DNA of 63,987 nucleotides, the filler included, from an uncultured bacterium (lineage in GTDB: Bacteria > Hinthialibacterota > Hinthialibacteria > Hinthialibacterales > Hinthialibacteraceae): NCBI GenBank assembly GCA_964449065.1. It is 4 parts of 4 records of this genome, joined end to end, with 100 filler letters (N's around TTAATTAATTAA, not from the genome) between each part and the next. Parts side by side here need not be neighbours in the genome. Positions count along the whole stretch, not along the records: positions 49,439 to 63,987 come from CAYVAZ010000113.1; 3 more parts are not named here. The stretch is one strand, 5' to 3'. The number at the start of each line of letters is the position of its first letter. The first letter of the stretch is position 1. This document shows positions 55,049 through 63,987 of the stretch, one piece after another. The translations under genes were made by a program, and so were the position numbers. Below the pieces are notes generated by a model, which saw only the letters and a program-made list of their open reading frames with translations, was not told where the DNA came from and ran no database searches.

Positions 55049-55903
55049 ATGGAACCGGTCAACACGCAAGAAACACAAGAACAGGCAACACAAGTTACAC
55101 CGAAACCAGAAGAAGCAATACCGGATACAATTATTATCCGCATGTGGCCCAAAACCCCGGTGTTGTATCCGGTTGCTGTTTTTGCATTGATTTGCAGCAT
55201 CGTGGGGTCGTTCTCAGGATTTTCACCCAACATGAGTGAGTTAAAAACCGCTTATGAAGCGCAGATGCAAGCCTCTGCTGGAGAGAATGTTCAACAAGAA
55301 ACGGTGGAAGCCGCCCAAATCGAAACGGAAGCGGTGGTGAAATCCATGTTGGCCTCACTCTATATTGACCGCGTTATGGGAGCGATATTTTTGGTACTGC
55401 TGGCGTTTACCCTCTTCACGTTGTGCTTGGATTTAGAAGTTCGATGGGCAATGGTCATATTCTCCATTTTGATTACGCTAATTTTATTAATCTATATCGC
55501 CAATTCGCAATACAATTTTCTGCCAACTCTTTTCCCAAAACTATTTATTCTTTCTCCGCTCGCGTCTCCGCAATTTTATTTTACAATCTTTTTAATTTGG
55601 GCTATTTTGATGATAATTTCTATGTTTATTATCCGGTTTCATTATGTCAAAATTGAATCCAATGAAATTATTGTGGTCGGAGGTTTGTTGCAGCGTGAAC
55701 AGCGTTTTTCCACAAACCGGATGTACTACACGAAAGACATTCAAGATGTATTTGAATACTATCTGCCTTTGGTCAATTCAGGACGACTCATTATATCCTT
55801 TTCCGATCATCCCGAATCCATTGTTATTGATAATGTGTTGAATATCAACAAGGTGACCAAACTGCTCGATGAAATAACCGGTGTGATGCAGGTTCGCTCG
55901 TAA
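55049..55903 (+). CDS. Hypothetical membrane protein with possible C-terminal bacterial PH-like domain
   Basis: GGAGG RBS; about 4 TM helices; soluble C-terminal beta region with GRLIISF. Confidence 0.6.
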   Translation: MEPVNTQETQEQATQVTPKPEEAIPDTIIIRMWPKTPVLYPVAVFALICSIVGSFSGFSPNMSELKTAYEAQMQASAGENVQQETVEAAQIETEAVVKSMLASLYIDRVMGAIFLVLLAFTLFTLCLDLEVRWAMVIFSILITLILLIYIANSQYNFLPTLFPKLFILSPLASPQFYFTIFLIWAILMIISMFIIRFHYVKIESNEIIVVGGLLQREQRFSTNRMYYTKDIQDVFEYYLPLVNSGRLIISFSDHPESIVIDNVLNINKVTKLLDEITGVMQVRS

Positions 55904-55927
55904 GCAGGGCTGGGAAGGAAGACGCTC

Positions 55928-56335
55928 ATGAAATCGTTATCGGAATCACAAAAGTTTGAACTCATCCGGCTGTTAAAGGATTTGGCGGGAGCCGATCATA
56001 ATTTCAATTTACAGGAAGCCAACCGCATTCGCATTGCCGGGTTTCAGTTGGATCTGACGGAAAACAAAATCAACGAGGCGATGTGTGAGGATTATCAGCC
56101 GCTGAAAACCTATTTTGACACATTCACCGAACCGGAACAGCAGCGCTTTGTGTATCAACAGGCGCTTTGGCTGCTGATGGCGGATGAAGAATGTAACGCG
56201 GAAGAAGACGAACAACTCGCGCAACTTCGTACCGCATTCCAATTGGACTTAGCCTTTCACAACAAAGTCAAAGAGTGGGTGCAAGAGTGGCTCGATTGGA
56301 AAAAGAGAGGACATGTTCTCATTCAAACAACTTAG
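55928..56335 (+). CDS. TerB-family protein
   Basis: Two AD-x5-E motifs (LAGADHNFNLQE, LMADEECNAEE). Confidence 0.75.
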   Translation: MKSLSESQKFELIRLLKDLAGADHNFNLQEANRIRIAGFQLDLTENKINEAMCEDYQPLKTYFDTFTEPEQQRFVYQQALWLLMADEECNAEEDEQLAQLRTAFQLDLAFHNKVKEWVQEWLDWKKRGHVLIQTT

Positions 56336-56390
56336 TGGATTGAGCGGCACGGTTTCGACCGGAACTTTCTTTCCCGTTGGGATTAACAAC

Positions 56391-57761
56391 ATGGATGACC
56401 GCTATACAAAATCACGGTTTATTCCGTTTCGGCGCAATGACATTGTTGAAATGTGTGTCGCGGACGGCAAACTGAAACCGGACGATGAACAGCGCTTTCG
56501 TCAATTCTGCAAGATAATCATTGCATATTATCACCATCTCTATCACGATACCCTGCTGAAGTTAAAGGATCACTTCGTGCCGATTGATCCCGACTCTCCG
56601 TATAAAAAATTAAAAGAGAGCGATGCCCAGCATGACGAAGAAAGCATTAATGCTTTCTTCGACGATTTTGAAAAACTCTTGCAAAAAGCCAATTACGAAC
56701 ATCTTAGTCAAGAAGAAATTGAAAAATCGTTTCAAGACAAAACCCTCATTCATTTGAACTACAATATCGCGTTTGATGAAATTCAGCACTATGTGATTTA
56801 CTACCGCGGCCTGCAATCGGCCAAGGCCAAAATCAAACGCTATTTTCTGTTTTGGCAGGAAATTGAGTTTGATATGTTCGAGCGGGTGATCTTGGTGTTG
56901 AAATTCAAAGACGAAGAGTATTTCAAACAAAAAGGGATCCGCACAGAACATTTAAACTTTCATCCCGGCCGGACTTATATCTATTACTACAAACACATCC
57001 CCGTGAACGATTTGGAGATTCTCTTCCCCAACGTCCGCATTCGCATGACGTGGAAAGACACGCTGTTGTTTTTGGTTCCCGCGGTCGGCGCGGGTATAGG
57101 TTCGTTGTCGAAAGTGCTTTCCAACATTGCCATTGTAGTCGGTTTTATTTTGCTTTATTTTGGCTTGCATGAATACGCGGAACGGCTGAACATCGAAGTG
57201 AGTGAAGAATTAATCAACCAAAGCGTGTATCCTATATTGCTTGCCGCTTCTTCTATTTTACTCGTTCTCGGCGGCTTTGCGGTCAAACAGTTCCTCAGCT
57301 ACAAAAACAAATACATCCGCTTTATGAAAACGATTACCGAAACACTGTTCTTCCGCAACATCAGCGTCAACTCAGGCGTGTTTCAAACGCTGTTGGATTC
57401 GGCGGAAGAAGAAGAGTGTGAAGAAGCGATCCTCGCCTACTATCATTTATTAACCAGCGAGACTCCACTCACCAAACAAGATTTAGACCGCCGCATCGAA
57501 GCCTGGTTCCGTGAGGGATATGATGTGCACATGGATTTCGATGTGGAAGACGCCATCAACAAACTGAACAAGTTACGCGGTGAAGTGAGTGAGTATCATG
57601 ATGGCATGGAAACAACAACGGAAAAACGCGTACTCTACAAAAACGGGGATGGCACTTTAACCGTTCCGCCCTTGCAGGAAACATTGGTGATCCTTGATTC
57701 CATCTGGGATGATCTATTCAAATACGATACATCTAACGTTCCGACTCCAGCAGTTATTTAG
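56391..57761 (+). CDS. TMEM143/DUF3754 family membrane protein
   Basis: RFIPFRR, KANYE, KHIPVNDLEILFPN, LFFRN..N.GVF..LLDSAEEEE.EEAILAYY, FDVEDA. Confidence 0.88.
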   Translation: MDDRYTKSRFIPFRRNDIVEMCVADGKLKPDDEQRFRQFCKIIIAYYHHLYHDTLLKLKDHFVPIDPDSPYKKLKESDAQHDEESINAFFDDFEKLLQKANYEHLSQEEIEKSFQDKTLIHLNYNIAFDEIQHYVIYYRGLQSAKAKIKRYFLFWQEIEFDMFERVILVLKFKDEEYFKQKGIRTEHLNFHPGRTYIYYYKHIPVNDLEILFPNVRIRMTWKDTLLFLVPAVGAGIGSLSKVLSNIAIVVGFILLYFGLHEYAERLNIEVSEELINQSVYPILLAASSILLVLGGFAVKQFLSYKNKYIRFMKTITETLFFRNISVNSGVFQTLLDSAEEEECEEAILAYYHLLTSETPLTKQDLDRRIEAWFREGYDVHMDFDVEDAINKLNKLRGEVSEYHDGMETTTEKRVLYKNGDGTLTVPPLQETLVILDSIWDDLFKYDTSNVPTPAVI

Positions 57762-58082
57762 ACCCGATTAACCGGTGTAACAGCGCTTAAAATCCAGCGT
57801 GTTCTGTGCGTCATATTCATCTGCATCATGATTACAGCACACAGAAACTCTCGTACCGTTTTTTGATACGCTTGAATATTCTTTGCTATGGCGAAACGAA
57901 ATTGCTGTCAGCACGGGCATGCTTGATAAGTACCGTGAAAGCGCCCATCAGTCCAGCCAGTATTTCGTAGGGTGGCTCAACACTCTTGTAACGATGATTA
58001 CGCTTTATATCAAAGCGGGTGAATACCTGAATCAGCTCGTTCAGCTTTTATCCGGTAGCCCACCATTCGCGCAAGCGAGACA

Positions 58083-58439
58083 AGGGAACACAAGGCTCCC
58101 GCCGGGCCAGGTTTTTGAGGGCGAAACTCCTCGCCGAGCCAGAAGCACCCGCCGTTGTTGCCCCCCTTATTAAGGGGGTAGGGGGGATTCAAGAATCAAC
58201 ACAGCCTACCAATCGCAAAGCGCAACCCTGGGAGGGCAAGCCCCCCGCCGGGCCAAAACACGCTTGAATTCAATCCTATGAAATGGAAATACCCCCGCTG
58301 TCATTCGCGTGAATTGGCGTGTTTTCGCGGTTAATTTAACGTGAATCATCGCGGATTCAAGATTATTTGTCTATGGAGAGAAGCGTTTTGAGGGAGAAGT
58401 AGGGGGGGATTTCTATCTACTCAAACCGGATTGACTCTA
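58083..58439. repeat. Cluster of family A, family C and other short repeat modules
   Basis: Family C at 58117-58149 and 58230-58277; family A core 58152-58194; type 2 end 58399-58439. Confidence 0.65.
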
Positions 58440-58541
58440 TTACGCAATACAAGTTGAGAAATCTTTGCGCTTCCTTTCTTGCAGATGTGAGCAATGTTTG
58501 CGCAAAATTTTCAATTCAAAGAAATTCATTCATGTAACCGG

Positions 58542-58558
58542 TTGGCACATTTCCTGCA
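58542..58558 (+). promoter_or_regulatory. sigma54 -24/-12 promoter of the T2SS operon
   Basis: TTGGCAC-ATTTC-CTGCA with exact GG-N10-GC spacing (58544/58556), about 47 nt before ATG 58605. Confidence 0.7.
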
Positions 58559-58604
58559 CTATGCAAATACAGACACATCTAATTTTATTTTGGAGGTATG
58601 AACC

Positions 58605-59123
58605 ATGAAGAATGCTTTACGGACAGTTGTGCTAGGCGGAGTGGTTGCCTGTCTTATTGCAACGACAACATTTACGGTCGCGCAAGACCGCGGCGGCCGG
58701 GGAGGACGCGGCGGGTTTGATCCGTCTCAATTCAGAGAAAGAATGCTGGAACAGATGCAAGAGCAATTGGAGTTTTCCGATGAAGAATGGAAAGCCGTAA
58801 GCCCATTGGTGCAAGATGTAATGGAAAAGCAGCAAGATAATTTCCGCGGCGGCTTTCGTTTCTTTGGCGGAAGAGGTCCCGGCGGCGACCGCGGTGGTAG
58901 AGGACGCGGCGGGTTTGGTGAACCGGATCCGGCAACAGAAGCCTTGATGGATGTTTTGGAAAATGAAGACGCTTCCGCGGATTCCATTCAAGCGAAATTA
59001 ACGGTGCTTCGTGATGCCCGCAAAAAGCAAGAAAAAGAATTACAAGCCGCGCGGGAAAAACTGCGTAAGGTTTTAAACCTTCGCCAGGAAGCCCAATTGG
59101 TATTGTTTGGCATGTTGGATTAA
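58605..59123 (+). CDS. Exported helical Gly/Arg-rich protein (Spy/CpxP-like), first gene of T2SS operon
   Basis: Signal peptide, two DRGGRG.GGF repeats, LR.VL..RQEAQLVL tail; GGAGG RBS. Confidence 0.65.
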   Translation: MKNALRTVVLGGVVACLIATTTFTVAQDRGGRGGRGGFDPSQFRERMLEQMQEQLEFSDEEWKAVSPLVQDVMEKQQDNFRGGFRFFGGRGPGGDRGGRGRGGFGEPDPATEALMDVLENEDASADSIQAKLTVLRDARKKQEKELQAAREKLRKVLNLRQEAQLVLFGMLD

Positions 59124-59156
59124 CAAACGGCAGTTGCAAACAACAAGGATCACACA

Positions 59157-60827
59157 ATGAATGACCTAGTAAAGAGTATGGTTGAAAAGCAGCAACTTTC
59201 CCTGGCAGACGCGGAGCGTCTGGAAGAATTGGTGGAAGATGCGTCTCTGGTCATTCAGTCTGAAGATGATGTGCTGCGCTGGCTGGCGGAAGAGTATGAT
59301 TTGGAATACCGATCCCTCGAATCCAATATTCCCATCGACCGCCAGCTGCTGTCACAGTTTCCCGCACGGATACTGCTCAAAGAAAGTTTACTCCCCTTAA
59401 GCCGGCACAACGGCACGGTTGAAATCGCGACCAGCCGGTTGTTTGCCGTCCAGGGGATGGATACCTTACGCACGTTGACCGGCCTGCATTTTCAGCCGGT
59501 CATTTCTCCGTTAGATGATATCCAACGAGAATTAAAGAAGCAGTTGGGGGTCGGCGCCGATACCATCGATTCAATGGAAGAAGAATCGCTGCAAGTCATC
59601 GATGAAATGCCGTCGGATGATACGGACTTGGAAAACGCGGCGGAAGACGCTTCCATCATACGGTTTGTCAACCAAATCTTCAGCGATGCGATCGAACTGC
59701 GGGCAACCGATATTCACATCGAGCCGTTTGAAGATGAGTTGCGCATTCGCTACCGGGTAGACGGTGTATTGCAAGACACGCCGGTGCCATCGCAGATCAA
59801 ACGCTTTCAACCCGCGATCGTATCGCGTATCAAAATCCTCAGCCATTTGAACATTGCGGAAAAACGCTTGCCGCAAGACGGGCGCATTAAACTGAAAATC
59901 AAAGCGATGGAAGTGGATGTGCGGGTTTCCATCATTCCCATGCTGCATGGTGAAGCGGTGGTTATGCGTTTATTGCGGCAAGATTCAACGCTGCTTCATC
60001 TCAGTGAATTGAAGATGAATGAGAGAGAACTTCATGCATTTCATCGTATTCTAGGTTTACCGCACGGTATCGTATTGGTCACTGGTCCAACAGGCAGCGG
60101 GAAAACCACTACGCTTTATACCGCCCTCAATGAAATCAATGATTCCGTTCGAAAAATCATCACGATTGAAGACCCGATTGAGTATCAACTCAAAGGCATA
60201 AACCAAATTCAGGTATCGGAAAAAACCGGATTAACCTTTGCCCGCGGTTTGCGCTCCATCTTACGGCACGACCCCGATGTGATTCTTATCGGTGAGATTC
60301 GTGACGAAGAAACGGCACAGATAGCGGTACAGGCATCGTTAACCGGGCACTTGGTGTTTTCAACGCTACACACGAATGATGCACCCGGTGCCTTAACGCG
60401 CTTGGTTGATATGGGGGTGGAGCCGTATTTGGTGGCCTCATCGTTAGAATTTGTTATCGCGCAGCGTTTGGTTCGATTGTTGTGCCTGCATTGCAAACAA
60501 ATCGACAATTCCGAACGGACCGCCGCCATTAAATCGCGCTTCGGCATTCCGCACGACCACCCGATCTATGAAGGCAGCGGTTGTGAGGAATGCCACTATA
60601 CCGGTTTTCACGGACGGCGCGCGGTTTTTGAAATGATGGACATGAAAAATGATGTGCGCGAAATGATACTGAAAGAAGCCTCTTCGGTTGAAGTGCGCAA
60701 AGCGGCTTTAGAACAAGGAATGACATCACTGGCAGAGGACGGCTGGCGTTTGGTCTACGAAGGCGTCACCACCGTGGATGAAATTTTGCGTGTCACCAAA
60801 AGCGAAGGCTTGGAAGCAGCCGTTTAG
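59157..60827 (+). CDS. gspE: Type II secretion ATPase GspE/PulE
   Basis: [46 protein letters not shown], Cys motifs. Confidence 0.93.
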   Translation: MNDLVKSMVEKQQLSLADAERLEELVEDASLVIQSEDDVLRWLAEEYDLEYRSLESNIPIDRQLLSQFPARILLKESLLPLSRHNGTVEIATSRLFAVQGMDTLRTLTGLHFQPVISPLDDIQRELKKQLGVGADTIDSMEEESLQVIDEMPSDDTDLENAAEDASIIRFVNQIFSDAIELRATDIHIEPFEDELRIRYRVDGVLQDTPVPSQIKRFQPAIVSRIKILSHLNIAEKRLPQDGRIKLKIKAMEVDVRVSIIPMLHGEAVVMRLLRQDSTLLHLSELKMNERELHAFHRILGLPHGIVLVTGPTGSGKTTTLYTALNEINDSVRKIITIEDPIEYQLKGINQIQVSEKTGLTFARGLRSILRHDPDVILIGEIRDEETAQIAVQASLTGHLVFSTLHTNDAPGALTRLVDMGVEPYLVASSLEFVIAQRLVRLLCLHCKQIDNSERTAAIKSRFGIPHDHPIYEGSGCEECHYTGFHGRRAVFEMMDMKNDVREMILKEASSVEVRKAALEQGMTSLAEDGWRLVYEGVTTVDEILRVTKSEGLEAAV

Positions 60828-60842
60828 TCAGGATGAACGAAC

Positions 60843-62069
60843 ATGAACGTATATGAATACCGCGTCCTTCAAACGGATGGGGCCTTAACCGAAGGCACCA
60901 TTCAAGCGCAAAACCGCCAGGATGCGTTTTCGCAGTTGCAAGCGCGCGGATGGGACCCGGTGCATATTGCCGAAGCCAAAGCAAAAAGTCAGAAATCAAC
61001 TTTATCCGGCTACGAGTTCTTGCAATCCAGTAAAGTCACATACCGTGAGTTGGAAAATTTCACCCGGATGCTATCCAGCTTATTGGCTGCGGGAGTCCCA
61101 TTAAGCCGTGCCTTGGTTATCTTGCAGCGCGAGGCTGCCTCACCTGCCGCGAAAAAACAATGGAAAGAACTGCATGATTTGGTTATCGACGGGGTGTCTC
61201 TTTCCGATGCCATGTCGCGCTTCCCCAAAACCTTCCCCAGTGTATACACCGCCATGGTGCAGGCGGGTGAAACCGGGGGATTCTTGGATATCGTGCTGCA
61301 CCAAATCGCCGAATTCCAAAACCGCGATAAGGATTTACGCTCCAAAGTGGTTTCCGCCATGATCTACCCCTGCGTGCTGTTGATGTTGGCCATCGGGGTC
61401 TTGATCTTTTTATTGGTGTTTTTCATACCGCGCTTTCAAACCATTTTTAGCGGCTTTGGCGCCGATCTGCCGTTGATTACCCAAATCATCGTCGGCGCCA
61501 GCGATATCATCCGCAATTACGGCTTGTTTGTCGGCGTTGTGGCCTTTGTCATCTTTTACTTCATGCGCCAATGGGTGCAAAGCGATGAAGGCAAACGCCG
61601 GTGGGAAAGCTGGGTATTAAACACACCGGTATACGGTTCCCTCATCGCGCGGTTTTCGATGGCGCGCTTTTGCCGCATGTTGGGCACGCTGCTCAATGCA
61701 GGGGTTCCGCTGATTTACTCTCTTAATGTGGCACGCAAATCCATCAACAACCAAATCTTGTATGATATGGTTTCCGGCTCGATAGAAGACGTGAAAAAAG
61801 GCGAACGGTTAGCCGTCAGTATGTCCGGCTGCAAAATGCTGTTCTCCGGCTCGATCTTAGAGATGATCACGGTGGCCGAAGAATCCGGGCGGCTGGATCA
61901 AGAACTCATCCGTCTGGCGGATGTCACCGAACAGGATTTAGACCGTCAACTCAAAACCGCAGTGGCCTTAACCGAACCGCTGATGCTGTTTGTCATCGCG
62001 GGATTGATCGGCACCATATTTATCGGGATGGTCATCCCCATTTTCTCGATTCAAGATTATATCAAATAA
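60843..62069 (+). CDS. gspF: Type II secretion inner-membrane platform GspF/PilC
   Basis: AGVPL, AGETGG, AMIYP, EESGRLD, EP motifs. Confidence 0.92.
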   Translation: MNVYEYRVLQTDGALTEGTIQAQNRQDAFSQLQARGWDPVHIAEAKAKSQKSTLSGYEFLQSSKVTYRELENFTRMLSSLLAAGVPLSRALVILQREAASPAAKKQWKELHDLVIDGVSLSDAMSRFPKTFPSVYTAMVQAGETGGFLDIVLHQIAEFQNRDKDLRSKVVSAMIYPCVLLMLAIGVLIFLLVFFIPRFQTIFSGFGADLPLITQIIVGASDIIRNYGLFVGVVAFVIFYFMRQWVQSDEGKRRWESWVLNTPVYGSLIARFSMARFCRMLGTLLNAGVPLIYSLNVARKSINNQILYDMVSGSIEDVKKGERLAVSMSGCKMLFSGSILEMITVAEESGRLDQELIRLADVTEQDLDRQLKTAVALTEPLMLFVIAGLIGTIFIGMVIPIFSIQDYIK

Positions 62070-62088
62070 CCCATACAGGAGCAGAATA

Positions 62089-62529
62089 ATGAAGCATCAA
62101 AACAAGGACATGAAAAAGAGAAAAACAAAACGCAGCGGTTTTACTTTGGTTGAAATGCTGTTGGTGTTGGTGATTTTGGCCACGTTGGCTGCCATCGTGG
62201 TTCCCAAGTTCGCCGGCAGAACCGAACAAGCCCGCGTCACCGCGGCCGAAACTCAGATTGCCACCTTAAAAACCGCCATCAACATGTTTGAAGTCGATAA
62301 TGGCTATTACCCCAAAGGCTCCGACGGCCTGAAGGATTTGGTGGAAGAACCCAGCAACGCGCAAGACTGGAAAGGCCCCTACATCGAAGATATCCCCAAA
62401 GACCCCTGGGGAAACGACTATGTATACGAAAATCCCGGCAAACATAATAAAAGCGGCTTTGATCTGATGTCGATGGGCCCGGACGGCCGCGTCGGCGGGG
62501 ACGACGATATCACCAATTGGACGGAGTAA
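62089..62529 (+). CDS. gspG: Major pseudopilin GspG
   Basis: G/FTLVEMLLV, WKGPY, DPWGNDY, SMGPDG..DDDI. Confidence 0.94.
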   Translation: MKHQNKDMKKRKTKRSGFTLVEMLLVLVILATLAAIVVPKFAGRTEQARVTAAETQIATLKTAINMFEVDNGYYPKGSDGLKDLVEEPSNAQDWKGPYIEDIPKDPWGNDYVYENPGKHNKSGFDLMSMGPDGRVGGDDDITNWTE

Positions 62530-62554
62530 CACGCATACACTAGAAGGTGGCGGA

Positions 62555-63127
62555 ATGAGAAACCGTGGATTCACGTTGATCGAGTTGATTGTGGTGATGG
62601 CGATGTTGACCGTCATCATGGCAATCACTGTGCCGCGGTTCGCCAACTTTTTTCGTGGGCAATCGGTCAATGAAGAAATCCGGCGGTTTGCCGCGTTGTT
62701 GGAATACGCCCGTAATGAAGCAATATCCACGGCAACGCAAATCGACTTTTATATCAACACGCAAACCGGGCAATACGGAATGAGGGCTGCCGCCGGGTAT
62801 TCGCTGGAAGAGAAAAAGAAGTTCGAATTTCAACTAGATGAAACACTGTCATTTGAACTGTTCCGGCAGGAACAGGTGAAGTTTCGGGATGATACCGCCC
62901 ACATCCTCTTTTTACCGGATGGGTATTTGGATGACATCAGTGTCAAAGCCTTGAAGATAGTCGATGAAACCGATCCGGAACAAAGCCGCATTCTGGCACA
63001 GACCAATATCGGCATGGGGTATGAATGGCTGCAAGACGGAGAGCAGGTTGTGAAAGACTTGTATGACACATTGAACGCGCAAGGACTCAATACCCGTGGA
63101 ACAAATCCACAAGGATCGTACCGATGA
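62555..63127 (+). CDS. gspH: Minor pseudopilin GspH-like
   Basis: G/FTLIEL, YARNEAI, FLPDG; position after gspG. Confidence 0.78.
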   Translation: MRNRGFTLIELIVVMAMLTVIMAITVPRFANFFRGQSVNEEIRRFAALLEYARNEAISTATQIDFYINTQTGQYGMRAAAGYSLEEKKKFEFQLDETLSFELFRQEQVKFRDDTAHILFLPDGYLDDISVKALKIVDETDPEQSRILAQTNIGMGYEWLQDGEQVVKDLYDTLNAQGLNTRGTNPQGSYR

Positions 63128-63531
63128 AGAGACAGCGCCGCAACAACAAAGCGGGGTTTACCCTGGCAGAGATATTGGCCGCGATGGTGTTCATGGCGAT
63201 TGTGATCCCCATCACCTTGCACGGCATTCTGATCGCCAATCATGCGTCGTTGGCGGCGGAACGCAAACTCAATGCCGCGTATCTGGGGGAAAACCTGCTG
63301 CAAGAAATGATCATCACCGAAACCTGGCTATCCAGCGCCCGCCAAGGAGATTTTGGCGATCAATGGCCGGGTTATTCATGGCAATTGGTGCAGGAAGACT
63401 GGGTTGAAGATGAGATGCAATTATTAACGATGGTGGTTACCTATACCGTGCAGCAAAAAGGATATGAGATACGCGTTAGCACCCTAATCGACGATACCGA
63501 ATACGACGAAGAACAAGCAGAGACATCATGA
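63124..63531 (+). CDS. gspI: Minor pseudopilin GspI-like
   Basis: G/FTLAEIL; ATGA-coupled to gspH. Confidence 0.72.
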   Translation: MKRQRRNNKAGFTLAEILAAMVFMAIVIPITLHGILIANHASLAAERKLNAAYLGENLLQEMIITETWLSSARQGDFGDQWPGYSWQLVQEDWVEDEMQLLTMVVTYTVQQKGYEIRVSTLIDDTEYDEEQAETS

Positions 63532-63987
63532 AACGTATCCGGATGGACATATCCCGCCAAAGCGGCTTTACACTGCTGGAGATCATTACCTCGGTGACGA
63601 TCTTCGCGGTGTTGATTCTTGCCGTCAGCATGTTGCTGCAAAACGCCATGCGCATGCGCGACCAGGCACAGGCAATGGCGAACGAACGGATTGCGCGCGT
63701 GCAGGCAAAGTCGGTTTTCGGGCGTGATTTGATCAACATGGTACCGGCAAAGAGCGATGAGAGTATTTGGATGATCAGCCAATATGACGTGTTAGGTGGA
63801 GAACGGAGAGATACGTTAGAGTTCTTTACCTCTACAGGATTTTTAAGCCCAGGGGCTTATCACAGCGATGTGCAAAAGACCGTCTATGCGTTGGTTCCCA
63901 ACGAGAACGGTAAGCAACAGGAATCGTTATCTCTGGTACGCCACATCTACCGGAACATTTATACCGAATACGAAGACGATCCCCTGC
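63528..63987 (+). CDS. gspJ: Minor pseudopilin GspJ-like (3' truncated; absent from ORF track)
   Basis: ATG 63528: MKRIRMDISRQSG/FTLLEIITS..FGRDL..; open to window end. Confidence 0.75.
   Translation, partial: MKRIRMDISRQSGFTLLEIITSVTIFAVLILAVSMLLQNAMRMRDQAQAMANERIARVQAKSVFGRDLINMVPAKSDESIWMISQYDVLGGERRDTLEFFTSTGFLSPGAYHSDVQKTVYALVPNENGKQQESLSLVRHIYRNIYTEYEDDPL

Noticed and set aside
57883..58173. 96-aa ORF between TMEM143 and the T2SS operon
   Set aside because: No RBS or recognisable family; 3' half runs through repeat modules

Overview
Bacterial draft-genome (probably MAG) sequence made of four unrelated contigs joined by artificial 100-nt spacers (44 N + TTAATTAATTAA + 44 N at 16409-16508, 32883-32982, 49339-49438). 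Contig lengths descend (>=16408, 16374, 16356 bp), so adjacency across gaps is not biological. Contig 1: GH19 lysin-like gene, sialidase-like, AsmA-like and metal-permease genes, and a Tad/Flp pilus operon with two flp pilins. Contig 2: HicB/HicA relic, glycoside-hydrolase-like gene, glgP, solo prepilin-like gene, an AT-rich GIY-YIG nuclease, sbcD, queG, an ECF sigma/anti-sigma cluster and an ABC ATPase. Contig 3: two transglutaminase-like genes, a 1370-aa heparinase II/III-alginate lyase-like gene, rpoN, a second solo prepilin paralog, tRNA-Leu(GAG), a GT-C glycosyltransferase, a YitJ-like fusion with degenerate Zn ligands and an orphan Phd antitoxin. Contig 4: sugar ABC permease, a toxin-antitoxin islet with a DinB pseudogene, PQQ propeller, a membrane protein-TerB-TMEM143 cluster and a sigma54-preceded type II secretion (gspEFGHIJ) operon. 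Intergenic DNA is dense with modular MITE/REP-like repeats. The paralogous FTLIELLIVVAIIGILAAIAVPNFLNAQ proteins suggest, by recall only, a candidate-phylum host such as OLB16/Hinthialibacterota. No rRNA, CRISPR array or transposase is seen. The best candidates for undescribed biology are the GIY-YIG + EVE/PUA-like single gene, the modular stop-codon-associated MITEs, the solo pilin family with a possible C-terminal sorting tag, the Zn-less YitJ and the TerB-TMEM143 cluster.
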